A stretch of 64,000 bases of DNA from Candidatus Kryptoniota bacterium (GTDB taxonomy: Bacteria > Bacteroidota > Ignavibacteria > Kryptoniales > JAKASW01): assembly GCA_046705025.1 (NCBI GenBank), contig JBJKQU010000043.1:22611-86610 (forward strand), given 5' to 3'. The position numbers and the translations under genes were made by a program. Of this stretch, positions 1 through 9,309 are shown one piece after another. Position 1 is the stretch's first letter; each line of letters opens with the position of its first letter. Under the pieces are notes generated by a model. It was not told where the DNA came from, did not search any database, and worked only from the letters and a program-made list of their open reading frames with translations.

Positions 1-1
1 T

Positions 2-1012
2 CATGTCGACACTTTTCGGCAAATCGAGCGTGTACCCCGGCAGCATCAGCATCTCGGCCGAGATGACCGTCTTGCCGCGTGCGCTTGACCGCAGGACATC
101 GACCATCATCGGATCATCCATCTGGGTGATCCCGTGCATATCCCCGAAACGGGCCACATTCCACGGGTCATTCGCCGTCGAAACAACGGGGAATCCCTGG
201 ACGAACACGTGGTGACACATCAGCCTGTGTCTCCCCTGGTCCGCCTGTTCTGCCACCTCGAATCTGCGTCTGACATTCTCACCAAGCGTGTGGACAAAGA
301 ACATCCTCCAGTCGATGAGATCACTAAAAGTGTTTCTGGTTATAGGTAATTCGACATCATCGAACGAGGTATAATTTCTATTCCAGGAGAGATTAAGCTC
401 CGCTGTCTCACCGTATTTCTTTTGCAACCAGGCCTTGAATTTACTCTGACAATTCTCGCAATAGCATAGCATGTCGCGCATCCGGCTAGCATCGTCGGCA
501 TACAGCCGCAGCTCGCTCATACTGCTCGTCAGCTCAGGTTCGCTGCCGACATTCCAGATTTCAAGGGCTGGGTGGTCTTTGTATCGCTCGACGGTCTCCC
601 GCAAAAAAGTGAATATATGCTCCATTGCCTTTTCGTGATTGAAACAGAGGCCGAGCCCCCCGATCTGCCGGTGAGCCTGAGTCTGCGGGCCAACCTTCCG
701 CCCATCCAGTGTCACCATTGAGGCGTCAGGGTATTTCCTGTAAATCCAGGCCGGAGCGACGTCGAAGATCGTATTCAGCATGACGCGCAGATTGTGCTTG
801 TTTGCAAGATCCAAGAGCTTGTCGATATCGTCGAAATAGAATTCGTTCTCCCGTGGGTTATTCCATCGCCATTGGACCCAGAACTTAACCGTGTTGAATC
901 CCAGCCCTGACATTCGTGCGAGGTCCCGATCCCAGTCTCTCTCCACCGGAGACGGAGCCCGATAATACTGCGCACCGAAAATGAAATAGTCATTACGAGA
1001 CGTTTTCTTCAT
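2..1012 (-). CDS. Glycoside hydrolase family 42 beta-galactosidase, N-terminal 337 codons (C-terminus lies beyond the left window edge)
   Basis: Absent from the ORF track because no stop lies in the window. Manual reverse translation from ATG (1012-1010) gives MKKTSRNDYFIFGAQYYRAPSPVERDWDRDLARMSGLGFNTVKFWVQWRWNNPRENEFYFDDIDKLLDLANKHNLRVMLNT...HPALEIWNVGSEPE. This is the typical GH42 TIM-barrel N-terminus. The frame stays open to base 2. Confidence 0.75.
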   Translation of the reverse strand, partial: MKKTSRNDYFIFGAQYYRAPSPVERDWDRDLARMSGLGFNTVKFWVQWRWNNPRENEFYFDDIDKLLDLANKHNLRVMLNTIFDVAPAWIYRKYPDASMVTLDGRKVGPQTQAHRQIGGLGLCFNHEKAMEHIFTFLRETVERYKDHPALEIWNVGSEPELTSSMSELRLYADDASRMRDMLCYCENCQSKFKAWLQKKYGETAELNLSWNRNYTSFDDVELPITRNTFSDLIDWRMFFVHTLGENVRRRFEVAEQADQGRHRLMCHHVFVQGFPVVSTANDPWNVARFGDMHGITQMDDPMMVDVLRSSARGKTVISAEMLMLPGYTLDLPKSVDM

Positions 1013-1053
1013 AATCTCTCTGCTTTCAACGTTTTCCTTCGACTCCAGATAGC

Positions 1054-1980
1054 CTACACGACGAATTGAGACAGGTGGCGGAGCCCTGCCGCAAGCCCCC
1101 GCTTGACCTTTTCTTCAGTTCCTTCCCAGACCGGGTCCTCATGTTCTATCGACAGGACTCCCTCGTAACCGACTTCCTGGAGGGCCGCGATGAACTTCTG
1201 CCAGTCTATTTCTCCGAGTCCGGGCATCCTGTATCTCCACCATCCAGAGCTCCAGGGGGTCGGATTGAGCTGGCGGGAGAAAATGCCGTACCTCTGCTCC
1301 CCGTCCGCGAGTATCTCGGTATCCTTTGCGTGGGCATGAAAGATCTTTGGAGCATAGTCTTTGATGCACTGGATGTAGTCAATTCCAAGCCAGTACAGGT
1401 GAGACGGGTCGAGGTTCAGCCCGAAGTTCTCGCTCGGGACCTCATTGAACATGGCATCCCAAAGCTCAGGTGAATAGGCGTAATTGCCCGGCAGACCGAA
1501 CCTTTGCCAGTTTTCCATCGGACAATTCTCGATCATTATCTTTACACCTCTGTCGTCCGCGAACTTCACAATGTCTTTGAACACCTTCCCGAATTCTTTC
1601 AATATCTCGCCCGCTTCTCGGTCGGCCCGGCCGCCGACAAAGGTACCCACATACGGCACGCCGAGGAGAGATGCAGCGGTGATAACATGCTTCAGATGTT
1701 CCAGGTGATGCTCTCTCGTTTTCGGGTCGGGGTCGAGGTTGTTGTCATAGTAGGCCATAGCCGAGATTGCCAGCTTGTTGTTGGCAAACATTTCCTTGAC
1801 TCGCTCAGCCTCGTCCTTCGTGAAATGGGCTGCATCTATCTGGCGGGCTTGGTAGTCTCTGCTGGAATCGACCGGCCATGCTGCCAGCTCAAGCGCGTCG
1901 AAGCCCTGATCCGAAGCCCATTTGACAAGATCAGATAAGCCCACCTGCGGCAGGCAGGCTGTGAGAAACCCTAATTTCAT
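1054..1980 (-). CDS. Sugar phosphate isomerase/epimerase (xylose isomerase-like TIM barrel, AP_endonuc_2 fold)
   Basis: 308-aa ORF with family-typical motifs (FDALELAAW, KIMIENCP, HAHAKD, LSIEHED). No signal peptide. Lies 31 nt downstream of the oxidoreductase gene. Confidence 0.8.
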   Translation of the reverse strand: MKLGFLTACLPQVGLSDLVKWASDQGFDALELAAWPVDSSRDYQARQIDAAHFTKDEAERVKEMFANNKLAISAMAYYDNNLDPDPKTREHHLEHLKHVITAASLLGVPYVGTFVGGRADREAGEILKEFGKVFKDIVKFADDRGVKIMIENCPMENWQRFGLPGNYAYSPELWDAMFNEVPSENFGLNLDPSHLYWLGIDYIQCIKDYAPKIFHAHAKDTEILADGEQRYGIFSRQLNPTPWSSGWWRYRMPGLGEIDWQKFIAALQEVGYEGVLSIEHEDPVWEGTEEKVKRGLAAGLRHLSQFVV

Positions 1981-2011
1981 TTTGATCCCTCCATCGATTT
2001 TGAACCATACC

Positions 2012-3169
2012 TCATACTCGTACCCACCTTTTTTCCCTGTTGCTCCTTAGCACGGCTTCCACCAGCTTCATCTCAAAATGCCCCTCTGCAAACGTCGGGA
2101 AGTCTGGTTTCTCCCTGACGGGATCTCGCCTCTTTTGGATGAAATCATAAACGTTGGCAAAGAAGTTCTTCAGCCCGTCAGGGTATCCTTCCGGATGACC
2201 GCCCGGGTAGTGGGCGTACTTCCTCACTCCGGAAACCAGGAGAGATGGGTCTTTCAGAAGGATCTCGTTGGGCTTGTCCCTGTGCCCGATCCAGAGCTGA
2301 TTCGGCTCCTCTTGATTCCAGGCCAGTGACTTAACACTGCCGTCAATCTCAAAAGACTGGTAGTTCTTTCTTCCGGCGCTGACCTGCGAAACGGTGAAGA
2401 CACCACGTGCTCCATTCGCAAATTTTATTATGACGATTCCCGCATCCTCGGTCTTTATGGGAACAGATTCTACCCGCCGGCTCCTCTTCATCTCCTTCCC
2501 TTTGAATGTCTCAACAGCCCGGGCCGGCTTGTTTCTCTTCTTATGGATCGTGATGAGCTCGGCGAAGACACTTTCCACTTTGAGCCCTGTAACAAACTGC
2601 GTCAAGTCGCACCAATGGGACCCGATGTCGGCTACTGCTCGCGACGCGCCCCCGGCTTTCGTATCGAGACGCCAGTTCCAGTCCGACTCATAGAACAACC
2701 AATCCTGCAGGTAGTGTCCGTGGACTAGATAGAGTTTACCTAGTTCACCTCGGGCGACCATGTCTCTGGCCTGCTGGATCAGCGGATAAAACCTGTAGTT
2801 GAAGTCAATCGCGTTCACCACTTTTTTTGACTTCGCGAGCTTCACCAGCTCGGCCGACTCGCGAGAATTTATGGTAAGCGGCTTTTCAGAGATGATGTGC
2901 TTGCCAGCGAGAATTGCCGCCTTGTTCACGCGGAAATGGAGGTTGTTCGGAGTGCAGTTGTGGATGACCTGGACCTCCGGATCCGCGACTGCTTCCTCCC
3001 AGTCATTATAGACTCGTGGAATCGAGTAGCTATCGGCGAGATCTTCTGCCTTTTCAGGTTCTGCCGATGCTACCGCAAGCACATCCACTCCCCCGATTCT
3101 CTTTAAAGCCTCAATATGTGCCGGCCCGATGAATCCGGTTCCTATGACAGCGGCCTTAACCCTTTTCAA
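2012..3169 (-). CDS. Gfo/Idh/MocA family NAD(P)-dependent oxidoreductase
   Basis: 385 aa. N-terminal Rossmann motif VIGTGFIGPAHIEAL and an EKP motif (ISEKPL). Overlaps the upstream gene by 14 nt. Confidence 0.85.
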   Translation of the reverse strand: MKRVKAAVIGTGFIGPAHIEALKRIGGVDVLAVASAEPEKAEDLADSYSIPRVYNDWEEAVADPEVQVIHNCTPNNLHFRVNKAAILAGKHIISEKPLTINSRESAELVKLAKSKKVVNAIDFNYRFYPLIQQARDMVARGELGKLYLVHGHYLQDWLFYESDWNWRLDTKAGGASRAVADIGSHWCDLTQFVTGLKVESVFAELITIHKKRNKPARAVETFKGKEMKRSRRVESVPIKTEDAGIVIIKFANGARGVFTVSQVSAGRKNYQSFEIDGSVKSLAWNQEEPNQLWIGHRDKPNEILLKDPSLLVSGVRKYAHYPGGHPEGYPDGLKNFFANVYDFIQKRRDPVREKPDFPTFAEGHFEMKLVEAVLRSNREKRWVRV

Positions 3170-4862
3170 TACTCTTCACCTCACTTTCGTAGAATTCCAG
3201 CCTCCTGGCCCTCCGGATCATTTTGCGAACCTTGGTCGTATCCATCGGCTGGTCGTTGTCATAAAGGCACAAAGCAGGAATAACGCCGAGCCTTGCGTAA
3301 GCCTCTTCCTGCAAATCGAATATTGGATTCGATGGATGCTTTGTCAACAGGTGAGCCACGTATCTCGTGTATTTGCCGAAGAGGTATGTCGAGACCGGAT
3401 GGGCTTTTCTCCAACTCGATTTTTGTTCCAATCCATGCACTTCGGTTATACTGTCTATTCCGTGGATTTGAGCCATCGGCAGGACACCTGCTACCTGTTC
3501 GTGCATCCCTTCTCCGGCGAAAAGGATGTCTGGAAAGGTCCTCTGTAAACGCGCGATATGAGATCTCATTCCAGACACGAAGTTAGGCCCTTTTGAGACA
3601 TTGAAGGCGAGTAGAGTCTGATCCAAAAAGACGGCATCGACAGAGAATTCCCTGATCAATTTGCCGAGAGTCCCTTCCATGACATCTCCCCATGCCTTCG
3701 CACCGGGATTCATGTAGGCAAAATAGGGTTCGGTCAGCCAGTCACCATCCATATCAAGAGCCCACCCCTGGGGTCTGCCGAACACGTCCACCACCTGGTA
3801 TTCCTTAAGTGTAGGGTAGAGCCTGTGACTGTATGTCAGCGCGAGTGCATTTGTATGAATCATCACTCTGTACCCGAGTTCGTGTGCCAGATCGACCAGC
3901 CGCTTGAACTCCTTTTTGCCGCCAAGCAGGGGACTCGGGTTGTAGTCGGGAGCGTGGGAGTCGATCCCCCCTTCCGCGAAACCGGGGAAATACACCAGCG
4001 TGTGTCCGGGAGAATAGACCTTCCTCCAGGCTTTCAACCTTTCTTCCATCTGGCGAAACGTGTGGTGCGGCTGGGGACGGTCTTTCCTCATCCCCCATAG
4101 CTCAAGGACGAAGTTGACGGATTTTGCCCACTCCGGGAAGAAGAGGTTCCCTGACAGCGGCTGTAGGTGAAAGGCTTTCTCCATCCAGTCTCGATGTCGA
4201 TCCACAGCCGTCTTCCAGCTTCCTTGAAAACATTCGAGATGCCAATCTGCCTTCAGGCTTTTGCTTCGCAACGGGCCGGAGGCTTCGAAGCCGAGTGTCA
4301 GTGCAAAACCGTCGTTCGCCTTGGTTACCCGAAGCATCTTCAAATCCGGACCGGGGTCACGAGAGCCGAGCAGGATTGCCCCCTTCCCTGTTTGACCTAT
4401 TACGAACTGTGCACTCCACCAAAAGGGATATTTGTAGCTAACAGTTGCTCCGGCCGGCATCCTCTTATCCAAGACTTGTCCACCCAACGCAGGGACGATA
4501 ACGCTGTCTACCAGCAGCCCCGTTATTTTCCATTCAACCAGCCAGATGGCCTTCGGAGCTGTTACGTCGAGATGAAAGCCAAACCCGTAATCTGTTTGCG
4601 AGATTTTCAGAGCCCCTTTGAATTTCCCTGTTGGATCCGCCAGCCGGTAGCTTAATTCAGAACCAGAGCGGCCAGGATTCGCTGACACTTTTGACAGGAG
4701 GACCGGCTCAGAGAGCTCGTCCGGCGTGCGCACCATGACTTCCATCCCTGATGAATGTGAGATCACCTCGCCCGTAGCTGTGTTGACTATCCTCCTGACA
4801 AATCCCTTCAAGAGCTCGAGTCGGGTTTCACCGGACCGGATCTTCCTCATGGCACTCTTCAT
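3156..4862 (-). CDS. Uncharacterised cytoplasmic protein, possibly a glycosidase-like (beta/alpha)8 protein
   Basis: 568-aa ORF with no signal peptide. The central region (LVDLAHELGYRVMIHTN...VDAVFLDQT...FAGEG) resembles TIM-barrel glycosidase strand-end motifs. Family not recognised with certainty. ATGA start/stop overlap with the upstream cupin gene. Confidence 0.5.
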   Translation of the reverse strand: MKSAMRKIRSGETRLELLKGFVRRIVNTATGEVISHSSGMEVMVRTPDELSEPVLLSKVSANPGRSGSELSYRLADPTGKFKGALKISQTDYGFGFHLDVTAPKAIWLVEWKITGLLVDSVIVPALGGQVLDKRMPAGATVSYKYPFWWSAQFVIGQTGKGAILLGSRDPGPDLKMLRVTKANDGFALTLGFEASGPLRSKSLKADWHLECFQGSWKTAVDRHRDWMEKAFHLQPLSGNLFFPEWAKSVNFVLELWGMRKDRPQPHHTFRQMEERLKAWRKVYSPGHTLVYFPGFAEGGIDSHAPDYNPSPLLGGKKEFKRLVDLAHELGYRVMIHTNALALTYSHRLYPTLKEYQVVDVFGRPQGWALDMDGDWLTEPYFAYMNPGAKAWGDVMEGTLGKLIREFSVDAVFLDQTLLAFNVSKGPNFVSGMRSHIARLQRTFPDILFAGEGMHEQVAGVLPMAQIHGIDSITEVHGLEQKSSWRKAHPVSTYLFGKYTRYVAHLLTKHPSNPIFDLQEEAYARLGVIPALCLYDNDQPMDTTKVRKMIRRARRLEFYESEVKSIEKG

Positions 4863-5332
4863 TTCACCTCAACCGTAATCTTTCCGACTCCCTTTTTGGC
4901 GACGTCCTCACGCGGAGTATTTTTTCTGAATATTACAAAATATGAAGATTTCTCAGCCGCCACTGGAAGGCAGGCGGCATGCCACACCCCTTCATTTATA
5001 ATGACCACTTCCCCGGGGTCCACTGTGAAGGCTTCGGTCTCCTCGTCGGGGCTCCCGTCGAGAAGCAATGGCAACACGAATGGGCTGTCAATCGGGATCA
5101 GAATCTCAGGCGTTTTCTTATGCTGCTCGACACTTGTAACCGGGTTGCCTTCTTCCCTGTAGACCGTGCAAATCCCGATCTCCGTCTCTCCCCGAATGCT
5201 ATAGTTTGCGATGTCAGACCAGAACTTGTAGTTGCTCGCCTCTGAAGTCGCAGGGCCGTGGGGTGCCAGTACGACTTTCCCGTACTTTACGAAATTCTTC
5301 CCGGATAAATGCTTGCTGGTTATGCTTATCAT
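4859..5332 (-). CDS. Small cupin-fold protein, ureidoglycolate-lyase-like
   Basis: 157 aa. Size and pattern (KFWSD...EQHKKTPEILIPID...VVIINEGVWH) fit the ureidoglycolate lyase-like cupin family. The assignment is tentative. Confidence 0.5.
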   Translation of the reverse strand: MISITSKHLSGKNFVKYGKVVLAPHGPATSEASNYKFWSDIANYSIRGETEIGICTVYREEGNPVTSVEQHKKTPEILIPIDSPFVLPLLLDGSPDEETEAFTVDPGEVVIINEGVWHAACLPVAAEKSSYFVIFRKNTPREDVAKKGVGKITVEVK

Positions 5333-5345
5333 AGGCGTACTTCCC

Positions 5346-6782
5346 CTATTTCGAAATCCTGATGACGTATAAATACCCTCCTTTAATCGTAAGATCGGGA
5401 ATGACTGTGTGGTTTCCCTCTACTTCTAGTTTCGGACTCCGCTCTGACTCGCCGACCTCGTTAAAAGCCTCAGCATGTGAGGCGAGGTGTAAGGGAATGG
5501 AGATGCTGATGTTTTCCACGCGGTTGTCTTCAAGGTTGCCGTCTTTCGTCTTCACGTAAGTGCCGGGGACGTGAGTCTGAAGCCAGGCGACTATCGATAC
5601 ACTGCCGTCTTCATTCTCGAAGGTGTGGACAACGCTGTTCGAGCCGATCTTTCTCGTGATAGTCACGTCATCGTCTATGCACCTGTCTTTCCCCTTGAAG
5701 AATTTCACGAAGAAAGCCAGAGTCTTCTCGTCAGGCTTCGGCTGGAATTTCGTGTTTACCACGCCAAGGAAATCATTGTTTACATCTCCGATCACCGTGG
5801 TCCCGACCGGGAGGTCCTCGATCCTGTACCAGGCGGCTGCGGCAATCTTGCCCGTGGCTCTGATAAGCGTGAGCGTTCTGAAGAGATCGTCGGCCTGGTA
5901 TTCCGGAGTATGCTCGTAGGCGTACTTCGCCGTGTAACTGTAAGAGACGTAAGCGCCTCTCCGGAAGTCGCTGTAGCCTACTTCGGCGCACCAGATGGAC
6001 TGATGGTCCCCGTATTGCTTGACGATGTCGGCTATCCTCTGGATATGATTGTAAAGACGCTCCAGCGGCAATCCGCTCCAGGTCTCATTATAGCTGTGGA
6101 TATTGACGACGTTGACGTAGGGACTCACATGGTAATCGCGGAAAAGCTGATAAGTGAAATTCGTGTTCCATGCCAGCCCCGCGAGGACGACGATAGCATT
6201 CCGATCGGCCTTACGAACTGCATTCGAGCCGATCTTAAGCAGCCTGGCGTATTGGCCGACAGTCCCGGTCCAGAAGTCGGGTATGTCGGCTTCGTTCCAG
6301 ATTTCCCACGACTTGATCTTGTTCTTGTAACGACTCACTGCCTTGTAAACAAATCTACCGAACTCTTTGTAATCCTTGGGAGGATGATTCCAGTAATTCG
6401 AAGTGTCGCCGGTCGAATTCCACCTCGGAGTATAGCAGAAGTAAGGAATCAGTGTCATCCCGTATTCATCGACCGCGATCTTGACAAACTTATCCCAGAA
6501 CGACCAGTTGAACTTCCCTTTAGCCGTCTCGATGTGATCCCATCCCATTCCGAATCTCAGGAACTTGACCCCAACCTTCTTCATGACCTCCATGTCCTTC
6601 CTGATCTTGGTCGGGGTTGTGGTTTCAGGGGGATAGTCCTCGCAGATTCCGACTGCCATGTGGTAATAGGCGGCGTTCGGCTTTTTCAGAAGCTGATCGT
6701 AGACAAATTTTCCCGTTTGAGCTCTCGACCCAACCGTCATCATGAAGAACAGAAATACTGCTCCAAATACAGATTTTATCAT
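5346..6782 (-). CDS. Secreted clan GH-A (GH5/GH39-like) glycoside hydrolase
   Basis: 478 aa with an N-terminal signal peptide (MIKSVFGAVFLFFMMTVGSRAQ). Acid/base-type WEIWNE motif and a later nucleophile-type AEVGYS motif, typical of clan A TIM-barrel glycosidases. Exact family not resolved. Confidence 0.65.
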   Translation of the reverse strand: MIKSVFGAVFLFFMMTVGSRAQTGKFVYDQLLKKPNAAYYHMAVGICEDYPPETTTPTKIRKDMEVMKKVGVKFLRFGMGWDHIETAKGKFNWSFWDKFVKIAVDEYGMTLIPYFCYTPRWNSTGDTSNYWNHPPKDYKEFGRFVYKAVSRYKNKIKSWEIWNEADIPDFWTGTVGQYARLLKIGSNAVRKADRNAIVVLAGLAWNTNFTYQLFRDYHVSPYVNVVNIHSYNETWSGLPLERLYNHIQRIADIVKQYGDHQSIWCAEVGYSDFRRGAYVSYSYTAKYAYEHTPEYQADDLFRTLTLIRATGKIAAAAWYRIEDLPVGTTVIGDVNNDFLGVVNTKFQPKPDEKTLAFFVKFFKGKDRCIDDDVTITRKIGSNSVVHTFENEDGSVSIVAWLQTHVPGTYVKTKDGNLEDNRVENISISIPLHLASHAEAFNEVGESERSPKLEVEGNHTVIPDLTIKGGYLYVIRISK

Positions 6783-6820
6783 CTATCTCTCCTTTTCACT
6801 TCAGGGTTGTTCCCAATGGT

Positions 6821-7810
6821 TCATAGCTCTTCCTGTTGCCAAAAATCTTTGCGCCATGCAAACTGCTTCAGCCCGGCAATTTCGTCGGCGTCCAGTGGGC
6901 CGGACGACACCGCCATGACGTTCGCCTCCACCTGACCTACGTTCCTCATGCCCGGAATCACCGTCGTTACAATCGGCGAACTGACACAAAACTGCAACGC
7001 GTATTCTGCCATTCCCGCGCCGGAATGCCTGAAGTCCTTGAACCGCCGGATCTTTTCCACATGTTCCACAGCTCTCTTCAGGTTGTTGCCCCTGAAATAA
7101 TGCCGCCGTATGTCTCCTTCCGGAAAGGCCGTTGACTCCGAATACTTGCCGGTGAGGGCCCCTTCGTCAAACGGCACACGCGCGATCACAGCTACACCGA
7201 ACTTCGAACAGACCGGAAACAGGTTGTCTTCCGGAAATTGTTCAAAGATATTGTAAATGACCTGAACAGCGTCAATCCGGCCCAACGCCAGTGCGCCCAC
7301 AATACACTCCGGTGTAGCATCGGGGACTGAGACGCCGAAGGATCTGATCTTCCCTTCCTCTCTCAATTTCGTTACTGCTTCGAGCCATTCTGTCTGCCTG
7401 TTGAAACCCGGCGACCAGGTGTGGAATTGGTATAGGTCTATGTAATCCCTCCGGAGTCTCTTGAGAGATTTCTCGCATTCCTCGATGATATACCTTCGGG
7501 GGAAGATTTCCTCGGATTTGGCAGAAATCGGGAGCGGCCAGGGCGATCCCGGTTTCATCGGGACTTTGGTGGCGACAAAGACAGTTTCCTTCCGTTCCCT
7601 GAGGACATTTCCGATAATCTCCTCGCTGTGCCCCTTGCCGTAGCCCTGGGCGGTGTCGATGAAGTTTACTCCAAGATCGATAGCCCTGTTCAACGCCGTT
7701 AATGAGTCGGCATCATCCTGTCGGCCCCACATGTCGCCGCCGATCGCCCAGGCGCCGAAGCCGATTTCCGAGACTCTCCATCCGAGCTTTCCGAATACTC
7801 TGTAGTTCAT
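6821..7810 (-). CDS. Aldo/keto reductase
   Basis: 329 aa. Motifs GFGAWAIGG, NFIDTAQGYG and IPGMRN are typical of the AKR superfamily. Confidence 0.85.
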   Translation of the reverse strand: MNYRVFGKLGWRVSEIGFGAWAIGGDMWGRQDDADSLTALNRAIDLGVNFIDTAQGYGKGHSEEIIGNVLRERKETVFVATKVPMKPGSPWPLPISAKSEEIFPRRYIIEECEKSLKRLRRDYIDLYQFHTWSPGFNRQTEWLEAVTKLREEGKIRSFGVSVPDATPECIVGALALGRIDAVQVIYNIFEQFPEDNLFPVCSKFGVAVIARVPFDEGALTGKYSESTAFPEGDIRRHYFRGNNLKRAVEHVEKIRRFKDFRHSGAGMAEYALQFCVSSPIVTTVIPGMRNVGQVEANVMAVSSGPLDADEIAGLKQFAWRKDFWQQEEL

Positions 7811-7846
7811 CTACTTTAACCTTGTAGCCGAATGGGCGGCTCGTTA

Positions 7847-8248
7847 TCAGAACGAAACACCGCCGACGAGTATTACATTCGAATATGGGGTGACTTCGCC
7901 TGTTCTCACGAACGAGACACTCTTGCCGTCTTTTGTAAGCCGCTTGAATTCATTGTGAGAGACCTGGATTACCTCCACTCCCTTGAGAAGCTCCATGAGC
8001 TCGCGATAGACCTTCTTGTTCTTGTGTTGAAGTTCCTTTGCAATTATTGCCTTTTCAATTTGAAGCTCTTCAAGGACAACCCGGACCGTGTCCATGAATC
8101 TGGGGATGTTTTTCGTCAACGCAAGGTCGACCAGATCGCTCCCCTTCGGGATTGGCAACCCACTGTCGCATATAACCATCCTGTCTGTGTGCCCAATCTG
8201 GGCTATCATCAATGACAGCGAAGTATTCAACGTTCCGTTCTTCTTCAT
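7847..8248 (-). CDS. rbsD: D-ribose pyranase (RbsD/FucU mutarotase family)
   Basis: From the internal ATG at 8248 the product MKKNGTLNTSLSLMIAQIGHTDRMVICDSGLPIP...SNVILVGGVSF aligns end to end with RbsD. The ORF-track start at 8374 (TTG) adds 42 residues not seen in RbsD. An alternative ATG lies at 8266. Confidence 0.8.
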   Translation of the reverse strand: MKKNGTLNTSLSLMIAQIGHTDRMVICDSGLPIPKGSDLVDLALTKNIPRFMDTVRVVLEELQIEKAIIAKELQHKNKKVYRELMELLKGVEVIQVSHNEFKRLTKDGKSVSFVRTGEVTPYSNVILVGGVSF

Positions 8249-8370
8249 CTCGCCTTTGTTTTTCATTTTTTTTGGTAAACCTACCTCAGAACCACTTCTC
8301 GGAGCATGACATGATCTACCGGTAGCAATTGGTATTAAAAAGACGCACCTCCCTTTAACTGCAAGTTGTA

Positions 8371-9297
8371 TCAATCTTCTTCGACTTTCAGAAATTCCTC
8401 CAGTTCTTTCAAGGTAGGCATCGAAGCTTGGGCTCCCTTTCTGGTGACCGAGAAAGCGGCGACCGAGTTTGCGAAAGCAACTGCTTTCTCGAGAGAATTG
8501 CCGGCGCTCAGGGAAAACGCCAGTGACCCGTTGAAGGCATCGCCCGCACCGGTTGTGTCGATTGTCTTGACACTTATAGAGCCGTAGGACTGGTTTCCGG
8601 AACCGTTAACCAGTATCGCGCCTTTATCTCCTACGGTCACGATCACATTCCTGACTCCTTTCTCGAGCAGTTTAGCAGCTGCCTTCCCAAGGCTCTCATC
8701 GTCGACGATTTTGACACCGGACAGCATCTCGCATTCCGTCTCGTTAGGCGTGAGAATATCGACAAACCTGTAGATTGTATCGGGAAGCATTCTGGCCGGA
8801 GCAGGATTGAGAATAGTCATGGCCCCATTTTCCCTGGCAAGGCGCAACGCTGTAACGACCGTTTCCAGAGGGATTTCCAGCTGGAGAAGTACAACCTTAG
8901 CCCTCTTGAAAGTGTCTGAGAGAGCCGCCAGATCGTCCGGGAGTAGCTTCATGTTGCTGCCTGATACAACCGTAATCTCGTTTTGTCCGTTTTCATCTAC
9001 AAGAATCAGCGCCACCCCTGTAGAAGCCGATTGGTCCACGAGGACATGTTCGGTGTTCACCTCATCGCGCCTGAGACTCTGAAGAAGATTTTCCCGGTAA
9101 ACATCGCTTCCCATCTTTGCAATGAACTCGACCTTTCCACCGAGTTTAGCGCAGCAAACGGCCTGATTCGCTCCCTTCCCTCCCGGGTACATCGCAAAGT
9201 CATTACTCAGTACGGTCTCACCGGGCCTCGGAAAGCTTCCGATTCTTGCGACAAGATCCATATTTGCACTCCCGACAACAAGTACAGCCTCACTCAA
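8371..9297 (-). CDS. rbsK: Ribokinase (PfkB family)
   Basis: 308 aa with GGKGANQAV and TGAGDAFNG signature motifs plus the NETE motif. Confidence 0.85.
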   Translation of the reverse strand: MSEAVLVVGSANMDLVARIGSFPRPGETVLSNDFAMYPGGKGANQAVCCAKLGGKVEFIAKMGSDVYRENLLQSLRRDEVNTEHVLVDQSASTGVALILVDENGQNEITVVSGSNMKLLPDDLAALSDTFKRAKVVLLQLEIPLETVVTALRLARENGAMTILNPAPARMLPDTIYRFVDILTPNETECEMLSGVKIVDDESLGKAAAKLLEKGVRNVIVTVGDKGAILVNGSGNQSYGSISVKTIDTTGAGDAFNGSLAFSLSAGNSLEKAVAFANSVAAFSVTRKGAQASMPTLKELEEFLKVEED

Positions 9298-9309
9298 TTT
9301 TCTCTCTCC

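Noticed and set aside
5571-6935. A 454-aa plus-strand ORF. Similar long ORFs occur at 10126-11058, 14909-15817, 19138-19995, 20199-20903, 28 kb and 43027-43794.
   Set aside because: Each lies antisense to a minus-strand gene with clear family motifs. 5571-6935 even spans two genes plus their spacer. The products are R/V/D/L-rich with no motifs or plausible start context. These are shadow ORFs caused by codon bias.
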